Positions 28,330 through 37,937 of a stretch of DNA of 64,000 nt are shown here, piece by piece (within the stretch, counting starts at the first letter, position 1; each line of letters opens with the position of its first letter). The stretch is from an uncultured Nitrospiraceae bacterium (lineage in GTDB: Bacteria; Nitrospirota; Thermodesulfovibrionia; Thermodesulfovibrionales; Dissulfurispiraceae), in NCBI GenBank assembly GCA_963705105.1, contig CAVPIW010000009.1, positions 256,001 to 320,000 on the forward strand, in the 5' to 3' direction. Made by a program: the position numbers and the translations under genes. Below the pieces are notes generated by a model. It made no database searches and was not told the origin of the DNA. It saw nothing but the letters and a program-made list of their open reading frames with translations.

Positions 28330-30072
28330 CTACCGCACGACCTCGATGAAATTCAGCTTGTTGATCGACATGAAGAGCTTCCCTGCGGGACTCACTCCCG
28401 CCAGGTCGTCCGTGCCGTCGCCGTCGAAGTCGCCGGTGATAAGCTGCGTCAGTGTGCCCGGCACGCTCGTCCAGGCCGGCACGGGCAGATTCGGAGTGTA
28501 CCAGACCTTACCGGTCGCGCTGAGACCCGCAAGCTGATCACCAGCCACGGCCACCCCGAAGTCTCCGCTCGTCATCGTGTTCAGAGTGCCCGGCACGACG
28601 TTTGTCCATGTCGGCGCCGGGAAGGTCGTCGTGTACCAGATCTTGCCCGTGGGACTGAGACCCGCGATATCGAAGTTGATGTCGCCGTTCAGATCGGCGC
28701 TAATGATCTTCGAAAGAGTACCCGGCACGTTCGTCCAGGTCGCCCCGGCAGTCGTCGAGACCCAGATCTTGCCGGCGGAGCTCAGGCCGATCAGGTCCGT
28801 CAGCCCGTCGTTGTTCACATCGCCCGCCGTGAGCTGGGCCAGCTTGCCGTTGACTTTACTGAACCCCGTGGTAATATCCGCACCCATTGTCACGAGGATA
28901 TTGCCCGCAGGGTCGAGACCTGCCAGTTCGTGCCCCGCCCGGGCGTTGTTGAAGTTCCCGCTCACGAGGGTCGTCAATGTCCCGCCCAGCGGTATCTGCG
29001 TCCATGTGAGCATGTCGTTTGAAAAAAAGACAGAGCCGTTCAACGCTACCCCTGCCAGCTCGTCACCCTGCCTGCCCGGGTTGAAGTCGCCCGAAACGAT
29101 CTTCGAGAAGACCTGCCCCGTCACATGGTTCCAGGCCGGGGCGAAAAAGTTCACGTTCGTCGAGAAGAAAACGAAACCGTCGGCGTCGATGATCGCCATG
29201 TCATCAATAGCATTGTCGTCAAAGTCGCCCATGATGACGGCTGCTGCGGGCGCAGCGGTGAAGGTCGCCGGGGCCAGGAAGACAGCGGAGTCCACGGCAT
29301 TGTCGGGTAACGGCCCCGGCCCGGCATCGGCGACTGCGACCTTAAGGGTGTGCGTGACCGCAGGGTCCGGGTCGAGGACCACACGGAAGGTCATGACCTG
29401 GCTGAAACCGTCGTACTGAGTGCCGAACGGGGTGGATGGGATGAATTGCTCGGGATCGTTGTTGTTGAAGAGCGCAGGAGTTGCGCTGCCGTTGATGGTA
29501 TTGACGGTGACAGGGCTTCCTGTGCCGGGGGCGAGGGCAATGTTCACGCCGTCCACAAACAGTCCAAAGACATCATTCCCAATGCCTTCAGGGTCCCCGA
29601 CACTTTCGTTGTATTCCTCCGATGCGAAGACGGCCTGAAAAGTGACCACGCGGCGTATGGGATCCGCAATAGAGAAGCTGAAGGTCAGGACCGATGCATC
29701 GGCGGTCATGGACGGCGCCGCAAGCGCATCCAGGTCGGGGTCTCCGGCAGCGTTGTTGAACACTCCGGGTCCGCTGGCGATGTTCGGACCGACGGCGCCG
29801 AGGATGTCACCGCTGGTCAGGATGAACCCGGCATCGATGCCGATCCCGTCGGCAAAACCTGCCCTGAAGGCGCCGGTGGCCTGGTCAGCCCCGGCATAGT
29901 TGGCGCTGCCGGGAACAATCGTCGCGCCGGGCAATAATTGCTCGGCAAAAGTTGCCGGGGACAGCGCAGGTGAGTTTATGGGATCGAGATCGCCGGGTGC
30001 AATGGCAAAAGCCGGCGCTATAGTGCAGACGATAAAGACGAGGATGAGCAACCCTCCGCGGAACCTGTTCAT
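28330..30072 (-). CDS. choice-of-anchor L-like domain + FG-GAP-like propeller, secreted
   Basis: Signal peptide; GIDAGFILTSG, DASVL.F.F, VFASEEY, NDVFG..VDGVNIAL.PG, QYDGF, K.AVAD..DSAVF; then repeats ending FIEVVR. Confidence 0.8.
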   Translation of the reverse strand: MNRFRGGLLILVFIVCTIAPAFAIAPGDLDPINSPALSPATFAEQLLPGATIVPGSANYAGADQATGAFRAGFADGIGIDAGFILTSGDILGAVGPNIASGPGVFNNAAGDPDLDALAAPSMTADASVLTFSFSIADPIRRVVTFQAVFASEEYNESVGDPEGIGNDVFGLFVDGVNIALAPGTGSPVTVNTINGSATPALFNNNDPEQFIPSTPFGTQYDGFSQVMTFRVVLDPDPAVTHTLKVAVADAGPGPLPDNAVDSAVFLAPATFTAAPAAAVIMGDFDDNAIDDMAIIDADGFVFFSTNVNFFAPAWNHVTGQVFSKIVSGDFNPGRQGDELAGVALNGSVFFSNDMLTWTQIPLGGTLTTLVSGNFNNARAGHELAGLDPAGNILVTMGADITTGFSKVNGKLAQLTAGDVNNDGLTDLIGLSSAGKIWVSTTAGATWTNVPGTLSKIISADLNGDINFDIAGLSPTGKIWYTTTFPAPTWTNVVPGTLNTMTSGDFGVAVAGDQLAGLSATGKVWYTPNLPVPAWTSVPGTLTQLITGDFDGDGTDDLAGVSPAGKLFMSINKLNFIEVVR

Positions 30073-30166
30073 GCGACCCTCCTTATTCTCTTCGTTGTCT
30101 CTGACCGGACCGGGTCCTGCACAACGCCCGCGACGAGCATTTCCCGGCCTAACCAGTTCAAGGTTT

Positions 30167-30182
30167 AGCAAGAACTGGACCA
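30167..30182 (-). promoter_or_regulatory. candidate sigma-54 promoter
   Basis: Minus strand TGGTCCAGTTCTTGCT. Confidence 0.55.
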
Positions 30183-30391
30183 ATGACAACTTCCTGTTCC
30201 TGCTGCTCAGCGGAGGAATGGGTACACAATGCCGGGCCGGGACGACCGGCGCAGGAAGCGTAATAATCTGCAGCGGAGGGTCAGCAGCTCCGGACACGAC
30301 GGCAGCCGCGTACTACCTAAATGGATATGGTTAGACAACCAGGTTTCGCTGAAAGCTTTTTTGGACACGAGTGTCCTGTCGGCGAGCAAGC

Positions 30392-30420
30392 GAAGGGCGG
30401 CGCTGCGTGCGCCGCCCTTC
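30392..30420 (-). terminator. hairpin downstream of the 30466 gene
   Basis: GAAGGGCGGCGC / GCGCCGCCCTTC. Confidence 0.55.
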
Positions 30421-30465
30421 ACACTTTCAATCAGGCACGGTCAGTGATTCAGATATCGGTCGTGT

Positions 30466-31458
30466 TTACGGGAAGAGCACCTGTGTCCAGACCCCACCGG
30501 CACTGGGGTCCAGGTTCATCCATATCCTGCCCGCTGCGTTCACGCCGACGAGGTCTGCGTTGCCGTTGGCATCAAAGTCGCCCGTGGTAATCTGGGCCAG
30601 CGTGCCGGGGATCGGCGCGAAGGGCGCCAGGTCTACGGACAAATAGATCTTGCCCTGCGCCGTCAGCCCCGCCAGGTCGTCGACACCGCCGTTGAAATCG
30701 CCTGCCGCAAGCTGGGTCAAAATAACTCCCGCAGGAGACGGGATATTCGTCCAGACACCCGCGATACCCAGGTCGGCCCTGACCCATACCTTGCCGCTCG
30801 TCGCGTTAATGCCGGCGAGACCGTCAAAGACATTGTTGAACTTGCCTGCCACCAGATCAGTCAGGGTACCCGTGGGGTTTGACCACAAATTCAGGAGAGG
30901 GCCTGTGGTGAACCAAATCTTCCCGGCGGCGCTCACCCCGGCGATGTCCTCAAAGATGACGTCGCCGTTGAAGTCGCCGGTCATGATCGTTGCCAGCTTC
31001 CCCGTTATCTGGGCGAAGGTCGGGGCGATGGTCGACACGTTGGTCGACACGAATATGTTCCCCGGCGCGTCCAATCCCGCCAGGTCGCGTATGCCGTCGT
31101 TATTGAAGTCTGCCGCCACGAGGCTCACCAGGGTCGGCGCTCCCGGTATGGCGACGAAGGTGAGAAGGTCGGGTGAGACGACAACGCCCCCGGTAAGAGT
31201 TAATCCGGCGATCTCCCTGCCAAGCCTGAGGTCGTTGAAGTCACCCACGACGACCTGCCCGAGCGTGGCCCCGGTGACGGGGTTCCACGGGGTAAATAAA
31301 GGGGCGAGGGCGTAAAAGACCGCCCCGGCGTCGTTGACGACGATCAGGTCGTCCCTGCCGTCCCTGTCGAGATCGCCTGCCACGACCTGCATCGCTGCAG
31401 CCTGCAACGGCAGGGCAAGGGCCAGAAGCACGAGAACTATTTTCAGAAACCTATCCAT
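30466..31458 (-). CDS. stand-alone secreted FG-GAP-like beta-propeller
   Basis: Signal peptide followed only by about 7 G(D/N)F..D..DLAG repeats. Confidence 0.82.
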   Translation of the reverse strand: MDRFLKIVLVLLALALPLQAAAMQVVAGDLDRDGRDDLIVVNDAGAVFYALAPLFTPWNPVTGATLGQVVVGDFNDLRLGREIAGLTLTGGVVVSPDLLTFVAIPGAPTLVSLVAADFNNDGIRDLAGLDAPGNIFVSTNVSTIAPTFAQITGKLATIMTGDFNGDVIFEDIAGVSAAGKIWFTTGPLLNLWSNPTGTLTDLVAGKFNNVFDGLAGINATSGKVWVRADLGIAGVWTNIPSPAGVILTQLAAGDFNGGVDDLAGLTAQGKIYLSVDLAPFAPIPGTLAQITTGDFDANGNADLVGVNAAGRIWMNLDPSAGGVWTQVLFP

Positions 31459-31502
31459 CTTGAAACCTCCTTGGACCTGTTATCCAGGCCCTCATCAAAC
31501 AA

Positions 31503-31534
31503 CCCGGGGGGCAGGTCAAGACCCGCCCCCCGGG
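31503..31534 (-). terminator. intergenic hairpin
   Basis: CCCGGGGGGC..GCCCCCCGGG. Confidence 0.5.
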
Positions 31535-31578
31535 GAGATGAACTTGCTACTACGTCACTTCAAACGAATCATCTTGCG

Positions 31579-33348
31579 TCAGTTCCTGACGGTCCAGGTC
31601 GTGAGGTTCGGCGTCGTGAAGGCCTTGCCGGTTGCAGCGTTCAGCGCCGCCATCCCCGGCCCTGGCTTGAGCGGGACGACCTGATCGGCAGTGCCCGGAG
31701 GGTTCACCCACACGGGTGTGGCCGGGCTCGGGTTGATCAGTACCCAGATCTTCCGGGCAGCACTCAAACCCCCGATCTGATCGGACGCGGGAATGGTTGT
31801 CTGGAAAGGACCCGCCGTAAGCTTCGCCAGTGTGCCTGCAGGGTTGTTCCAGAGCAAGAGGTCCGTGGTGTACCAGATCTTGCCGATGGAGCTCACGCCG
31901 AGGATATCGTCAACCCCGTCCCCATTCACGTCACCCGTCGTCATCTGGGCGAGCGTGCCGATAACCTGCTGCCACGTGGCGCCGAGGTTGAGACTCACCC
32001 AGATCTTCCCGGCAGCGCTCAGCCCCACGAGGTCCGTGGTGCCGGCGCCGTTCAGGTTGCCCACGGCGAGCTTCGCCAGCGTTCCGGCCGGCGTCTGTAA
32101 AAAGGTCGTGTTGGTTGCGGCGATCACTATCCTGCCGTTAAGGGCGAGGCCGGCGATCTCGTCACCCAGCCTTGCGGCGTTGAAATCACCCGCATGGATA
32201 TCGGCAAGGATTATGCCGACGGGCCTCAGTATCTCTGTGAAGGTGAGCATGTCGTTCGACACGAACACCCGGCCGTCAGCAGTGAGGGCGGCGATCTCGT
32301 CACCCAGCCTCGCATTGTTGAAGTCGCCGGTGATGAGTTTGCCGTTCAGGAAGCTTACGCCGACAGGGTTCGTCACCTGTCCCCAGATGCCTGCGGCCAC
32401 GCTGAACCAGACGGCGCCGGCCGCGTCGACAGCGGCGATGTCGCCCGTTCCGTCGTTGTTGAAGTCACCGCTCGCGATGTGCGTGACGATCGTGGGACCG
32501 GCGGCGAGCTGTCCCGCAAGGGTCCAGTCGTTGACCTGAATAGTGTTGACTCCGGGGCCGCCGATGTTCGGGCCGTCGATCCTGAAAAAGTTCGTCCCGA
32601 GAGGGCTGCCCGTCACGGTCTGCAGCACAGCGGCGTTCCCGATGAAACCGGCAGGAGGCGGAGGAGCGAGCGCCGTCAGGAAGCCCGGTCCGAGGTACGG
32701 TGCCGCCAGGGGGACCGTAAAGTTGCAGGGAAACGGCGGTACCCCGCAGCCGTCGACCTGCCTGAAGGCCTGGCCGCCGAGACTGCTGATCGCTTCGCCG
32801 TTAGCGTCGGCGGTGAAGGTGAAGGTGCCGTAGGGATAAGTAACAGTGTATGTCGCTCCGGGTGCCAGCACGCAGTCTAATGGATTAATTGGCGCAATGC
32901 CGCAGTTCGGGCCTCCCGTAATCCTCCCCAGGTTGATCCTGGCGAAGGTGATCTGCTCGCCCGGCACCGGTGCTCCCAATGCGCCGCCGAAGCTGGCTTC
33001 AAGGACGACGCGCAGGTCAAGGTTTCTCTGGGTGGCCCCGCCGAGGACTTGGGGGCCGATCGTATCGATGCGCGCGCCGGCAAAGAAGTAAAACGATTCC
33101 CCCGGGAAGTTCGTGGGGAACACAAGCGGCAGCGCCGGGTTGAAGAAAGCGTCCGCCAGTACGATGCAATTTACGGGATCCATGCACTGCTGCAGCCTCA
33201 CGGCGTTAGCGTCCTGATACCACAGGGGGAAGCCAAATCCGTTCGTCGCCGGCGACACTGCCGACAGGACAGCCTCCGCCGCGGGCGCAAAGGCGACGAC
33301 CACGAGCAGGGTCACCAGAACAAACAGTCTACTAAAGGTTCTTCTCAT
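31579..33348 (-). CDS. uncharacterised GFPLWYQD domain + FG-GAP-like propeller, secreted
   Basis: Signal peptide; Cys/Pro-rich domain shared with 37938, 40281 and 53811; propeller repeats. Confidence 0.8.
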   Translation of the reverse strand: MRRTFSRLFVLVTLLVVVAFAPAAEAVLSAVSPATNGFGFPLWYQDANAVRLQQCMDPVNCIVLADAFFNPALPLVFPTNFPGESFYFFAGARIDTIGPQVLGGATQRNLDLRVVLEASFGGALGAPVPGEQITFARINLGRITGGPNCGIAPINPLDCVLAPGATYTVTYPYGTFTFTADANGEAISSLGGQAFRQVDGCGVPPFPCNFTVPLAAPYLGPGFLTALAPPPPAGFIGNAAVLQTVTGSPLGTNFFRIDGPNIGGPGVNTIQVNDWTLAGQLAAGPTIVTHIASGDFNNDGTGDIAAVDAAGAVWFSVAAGIWGQVTNPVGVSFLNGKLITGDFNNARLGDEIAALTADGRVFVSNDMLTFTEILRPVGIILADIHAGDFNAARLGDEIAGLALNGRIVIAATNTTFLQTPAGTLAKLAVGNLNGAGTTDLVGLSAAGKIWVSLNLGATWQQVIGTLAQMTTGDVNGDGVDDILGVSSIGKIWYTTDLLLWNNPAGTLAKLTAGPFQTTIPASDQIGGLSAARKIWVLINPSPATPVWVNPPGTADQVVPLKPGPGMAALNAATGKAFTTPNLTTWTVRN

Positions 33349-33636
33349 ATCTCTCCTCCGTTTTCTCTTACGACACTCTCACATTCCGTTTATCTGTCAT
33401 CTCGCAACCCTCAATAGGCTGCATCCAAATCAGGTCTGGTGCTGGTCAAACCTCCTCACTTTTTCACTGACCTCCTGACGTGTGTGTACTTTAACCACCT
33501 AAGCCGGTTAGCCGCCGTATTCGTTCCTGCAGATGCTGCGTGGTGATTCGTTTACTCTAAGTATACTCCATTTTCAACCGATGTGGGAATCGACAATAAG
33601 TTTCCATAATTTTTCTATAACTATTACTAATAATGC

Positions 33637-33652
33637 AGCAAATACGATACCA
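33637..33652 (-). promoter_or_regulatory. candidate sigma-54 promoter
   Basis: Minus strand TGGTATCGTATTTGCT, with an AT-rich tract downstream. Confidence 0.65.
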
Positions 33653-33856
33653 CGGCGTCTCAATCTGCAACATCGGAAATTCAACCAGTTACCCTCAGAC
33701 GCCGTATGGTTTTCCATTCACAGCGTATGTTTTTTTCTACCCAAGACTCCGCAAGGTGCTATCACCGTCTCCTTCTTTCATAAAGACTATCCCGGCCGGG
33801 CACTTCGACGAGATCTGACCGCGGTCCGGGGCAGAAGACGCCCGCCGGTCAGGCAG

Positions 33857-35950
33857 CTACGGCACGGGTATGTTCGTCCAGGTGGCGCCGAGGTTAGTGG
33901 TGAACCAAATCCTCCCCGTCCGGACATTGATGCCGGCCAGGTCATCGGTTCCCAGGCCGTCCAGGTTGGCGCTCACCAGGGAATTGAGCGTGCCCGGAAT
34001 CTGTGCGAATGTGACAAGGTCTGCCGACAGGAAAATCCGCCCGTCCGTTGCGATGCCCGCAAGCTCATCGCCGGCGCGGCCCTGATTGAAGTTCCCCCTG
34101 ACAAGCATGCTGAGGCTCCCCGGGATGTTCGTCCAGGTCGCGCCGAAGTCCGTCGTGAACCAGACCCTGCCGCTGTCGGCATTAATACCGGCCAGGTCAT
34201 CGGCCCCGATGCCGTCGAAGTCGCCGCTCACCAGCACGTTGAGCGTGCCCGGAATCTGGGTGAACGTCTGAAGGTCCGTCGACACGAAGATCCGGCCGTC
34301 CGTTGTGACTCCTGCAAGCTCGTCTCCCGCACGGGCGGGGTTGAAATCGCCTTTCACTATTTGCGCCATTGGCTGTGAAGGGATGGCAGTGAAGCTGACG
34401 AGGTCAGCGGAGACAAGCACCTGGCCCGCCGGCGAGAGACCGGCAAGCTCATCGCCGGGCCTCGCGGCATTGAAGTCTCCGCTCACCAGCACGGCGAGGT
34501 TGCCGGGTATGGCCGTCCAAACGGACAGGTCGGCGGTGAACCAGGTCCTGCCGCTCTTTCCATTGATGCCTGCCAGCTCGTCGCCCTGACGGGCGGGGTT
34601 GAAATTCCCCGTCACGAGGTGAGTAAGCGTCCCTGGCACGGCCGTCCATGCGGCGAGGTTCGTGTTCACGAAAACCCGCCCTGCCTCGTCGGTCCGTGCC
34701 AGGTCCGCCGTGCCGTTCCCGTCGAAATTTCCCGCTGAAAGACGGGGGATGATGATCCTGTGAATGTTTCCGGGCGTGAGGTCCGCCAGATACAGCTCCC
34801 CGAGTTCATCCTCCCCGAAGGTGCTGACATTGAAAGGCGTGTCGGTCAGGACCACATGCTGCCATACCCCTCCGGACCGCTTCAGGCCCCATATACGGCC
34901 CGAGCAGAAATCGCTGTGGAGGTAGGTGCCCCGGATCTCAGGCTGAAGGAATCCCCGGTAGACGAACCCGCCGGTGACCGAGCAATTGCCCAATGTGTGA
35001 TCGTATGACGCCACCGGCAGAGTCAGCCCCGCCTGATTGCAGGCAGGCAGCGGTACCAGGGCGTTTGCGACATTGTAGCAGCTGAACGCCTCCATGATGT
35101 TCCACCCGTAATTCAGACCCCCGGGGCTTCCTGCGGGCTGAAAATCGATCTCCTCGAAGAGGACCTGACCGACGTCGCCGGTGAAGAGGTCGCCCGTTTG
35201 CCGGTCAAAGGAAAATCTGAAGGGGTTGCGCAATCCCAGGGCCCAGATCTCGGGCTGAAAGGCCGGGTTCAGAGCAAAGGGATTGGCGGGCGGAATGCAG
35301 TAGTTCCTCGGCAGACTGGGCGGGTTTGCCACACACCCCGGTGTCTCGACGTCGATCCTGAGCATCTTTCCGAGGAGGCTCAGCGGGTTCTGACCATTGC
35401 CGGAGGGATCACCGCCGCCGCCTCCGTCTCCGGGTGCGAGATAGAGGAACCCGTCGGGGCCGAAGGCGATTTGCCCGCCGAAATGGTTGAAGAATGTCGG
35501 ATGAGGTATGCTGAGGATCCGTATCTCGCTGTTGGGGTCGGCCACGTCGGGGTCTGCGCTGACCGAAAAACGTGAGACCTGTATGCTTGGCGTCGTCGGG
35601 CCGAGGTCTGTGTGTGTGTAATACACATAGAAATACTGCTTTGCCGCAAAGTCCGGCGGAACGGCGACGCTCAACAGCCCCCCTTCACCTGTCGCATTGA
35701 CCCGTGCGGTTATATCGAGGAAGGGTGCGGGATTGACCGAGCCGTTCCTGATAATGCGGATGCGGCCTGCCTTCTCGATCACGAACAGCCTGTGGCTGCC
35801 GTCGCCGGCGTGGGTGATGTGGGTAGGGCTCTGAAACCCGGCGGCGTGAAGCACGGTGGAAACAGCCGGTATCTGGGCGGCGGCGGTCCCGGCGATGAGG
35901 AAACCGCTCAGCACAAAACTTACTATGACGAGTGCACTGTTCATTCTCAT
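33857..35950 (-). CDS. PQQ-dependent sugar (glucose/sorbosone) dehydrogenase + FG-GAP-like propeller, secreted
   Basis: EGGLLSVA, NHFGGQIAFGPDGFLY..GDGG, LLGKMLRIDV, WALGLRNPFRFSFD, GDVGQ..EEID, NYGW. Confidence 0.88.
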   Translation of the reverse strand: MRMNSALVIVSFVLSGFLIAGTAAAQIPAVSTVLHAAGFQSPTHITHAGDGSHRLFVIEKAGRIRIIRNGSVNPAPFLDITARVNATGEGGLLSVAVPPDFAAKQYFYVYYTHTDLGPTTPSIQVSRFSVSADPDVADPNSEIRILSIPHPTFFNHFGGQIAFGPDGFLYLAPGDGGGGGDPSGNGQNPLSLLGKMLRIDVETPGCVANPPSLPRNYCIPPANPFALNPAFQPEIWALGLRNPFRFSFDRQTGDLFTGDVGQVLFEEIDFQPAGSPGGLNYGWNIMEAFSCYNVANALVPLPACNQAGLTLPVASYDHTLGNCSVTGGFVYRGFLQPEIRGTYLHSDFCSGRIWGLKRSGGVWQHVVLTDTPFNVSTFGEDELGELYLADLTPGNIHRIIIPRLSAGNFDGNGTADLARTDEAGRVFVNTNLAAWTAVPGTLTHLVTGNFNPARQGDELAGINGKSGRTWFTADLSVWTAIPGNLAVLVSGDFNAARPGDELAGLSPAGQVLVSADLVSFTAIPSQPMAQIVKGDFNPARAGDELAGVTTDGRIFVSTDLQTFTQIPGTLNVLVSGDFDGIGADDLAGINADSGRVWFTTDFGATWTNIPGSLSMLVRGNFNQGRAGDELAGIATDGRIFLSADLVTFAQIPGTLNSLVSANLDGLGTDDLAGINVRTGRIWFTTNLGATWTNIPVP

Positions 35951-35981
35951 TAACCTCCCGTTTTCATCGGTTCAAAACAAT

Positions 35982-36014
35982 GGTGGGCGGCGCAATAGCC
36001 TCGCGCCGCCCACC
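35982..36014 (-). terminator. intergenic hairpin
   Basis: GGTGGGCGGCGC / GCGCCGCCCACC. Confidence 0.55.
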
Positions 36015-36086
36015 TTATGACTCTGTCGCGTGTTCCGCCCCGCGACATCGGCATGTCTTGTGCGGAAATATGCCCGTAATGCTCTG

Positions 36087-37808
36087 CTACCGCACGACTT
36101 CGGTGAAGTTCAGCCTGTTCGTCGACATGAAGAGCTTCCCGGTCGGGCTTGTCCCCGCCAGGTCGTCAGTGCCGTCACCGTTGAAGTCGCCTGTGATAAG
36201 CCGGGTCAGCGTGCCCGGCACGTTCGTCCATGTCGGCACAGGCAGAGACGGCGTGAACCAGACCTTACCGGCCGCGCTGAGACCCGCAAGCTGGTCACCC
36301 GCAACGGCGGCGCCGAAGTCTCCGCTCGTTATCGTGTTCAGCGTGCCCGGCACGACGTTCGTCCATGTCGGCACAGGGAAGGTCGTCGTGTACCATATCT
36401 TGCCGGCTGCGCTCAGTCCCGCGATGTCGAAGTTGAGGTCGCCGTTCAGATCGGCGCTTATGATCTTCGAAAGCGTGCCCGGCACGTTCGTCCATGTCGT
36501 GCCGGCATTCGTGGAAACCCATATCTTGCCGGCTGCGCTCAGGCCGATCAGGTCGGTCAGGGTGTCGTTGTTCACGTCACCTGCCGTGAGCTGGGCAAGC
36601 CTTCCGCTGACGGGGCTGAACCCTGTGGTGAAATCCGCACCGAGCGTCACGAGGATAATGCCGGTGGGGTCAATGCCTGCCAGCTCGTCACCGGCCCTGG
36701 CGTTGTTGAAGTTCCCGGCCACAAGCGTCGTCAGCGTCCCTGCAAGCGGTATCTGGGTCCAGGTGAGCATGTCGTTTGAGAAGAAGATAGACGTTCCGTC
36801 CAGCGTTATACCGGCAAGCTCGTCGCCCGCCCGGGCAGTGTTGAAGTTGCCCGATACGATCTTCGAGAAGACCTGCCCCGCCACATGGTTCCAGGTCGGG
36901 GCGACGGCGTTCACGTTCGTCGAGAAGAAGACGAAACCTCCCGAGTCGATGACCGCCATGTCATCGGTCCCGTCATTGTTGAAGTCGCCCATGATGACCG
37001 AGGCGACGGGCGCGGCCGTCAAAGTCGCGGGGGCCAGGAAAACGGCGGAGTCTATCTGGTCGTCACCGGGCGCCGGCCCCACATCGGCAATCGCAACTTT
37101 GAGGGTGTGGGTGATGCCGGGGTCGAGCGCCACAGTGAAGGTCATAACGTTGCTGAAGCCGTCATACTGCGTCGCGAAGGGCGGGGGGAAGACGTCGTTG
37201 TCGTTGAAAAGGGTCGGGATCGAGAACATGTTATTCACCGTCACAGGGCTGAACGTCCCCGGGACAAAGGCGATGTTCTGGCCGTCAACGAACAGCCCGA
37301 AGACATCGTTGCCGAAGCCGAAGGGATCGTTAACGCTCTCGATGAACTCGTCCGATGCGAACACGACCTGGAACGAAAGCACGCGACGGATGGGGTTATC
37401 CGGGATCGTAAAGCTTGCAGTCAATACCGACGCATCGGCAGTCACAAGCGGCGCCACGAATACGTCCAGTCCGGCATCCCCAAGAAGACCGTTGGCGACG
37501 CTGATACCGCCGTTCAGATTGGGGCCGACGGCGTTGAGAATGGCGCCCGTTGTGAAGATGAAACCGGCATCGATGCCGATGCCGTCGGCAAGGCCCGCCG
37601 CGAAGGTGCCCGTGGCCTGGTCCGCGCCGGTGTAGACTGCGCTCAACGGCGCAACCAGGGCGCCGGGCAGCAACTCCTGGGCAAAGACGGCCGGAGGCAA
37701 CGCCGGTCCGTTTATGGGGTCAAGATTGGCCGGGGCGATGGCAAAGGCCTGCGCCACAGTCCCGAGAATGAAGGCAAGGGCAAGGAGCCCATTGAGGAAC
37801 CTTTTCAT
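36087..37808 (-). CDS. choice-of-anchor L-like domain + FG-GAP-like propeller (paralogue of 28330-30072)
   Basis: AAGGAGG RBS, MKRFLNG signal peptide, same motifs as 28330, ends FTEVVR. Confidence 0.82.
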   Translation of the reverse strand: MKRFLNGLLALAFILGTVAQAFAIAPANLDPINGPALPPAVFAQELLPGALVAPLSAVYTGADQATGTFAAGLADGIGIDAGFIFTTGAILNAVGPNLNGGISVANGLLGDAGLDVFVAPLVTADASVLTASFTIPDNPIRRVLSFQVVFASDEFIESVNDPFGFGNDVFGLFVDGQNIAFVPGTFSPVTVNNMFSIPTLFNDNDVFPPPFATQYDGFSNVMTFTVALDPGITHTLKVAIADVGPAPGDDQIDSAVFLAPATLTAAPVASVIMGDFNNDGTDDMAVIDSGGFVFFSTNVNAVAPTWNHVAGQVFSKIVSGNFNTARAGDELAGITLDGTSIFFSNDMLTWTQIPLAGTLTTLVAGNFNNARAGDELAGIDPTGIILVTLGADFTTGFSPVSGRLAQLTAGDVNNDTLTDLIGLSAAGKIWVSTNAGTTWTNVPGTLSKIISADLNGDLNFDIAGLSAAGKIWYTTTFPVPTWTNVVPGTLNTITSGDFGAAVAGDQLAGLSAAGKVWFTPSLPVPTWTNVPGTLTRLITGDFNGDGTDDLAGTSPTGKLFMSTNRLNFTEVVR

Positions 37809-37881
37809 GCAAACCTCCTTGTGTTTGTCACTTTCAGTCACGCAATTGCACTCATCAAAGTTTTACCATAACCGAAGCACA

Positions 37882-37911
37882 GCGGGGCCGCTGCCGGAGG
37901 AGCGGCCCCGC
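37882..37911 (-). terminator. intergenic hairpin
   Basis: GCGGGGCCGCT / AGCGGCCCCGC. Confidence 0.5.
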
Positions 37912-37937
37912 CGTGATCTTATAAAAAACCGGTTACG

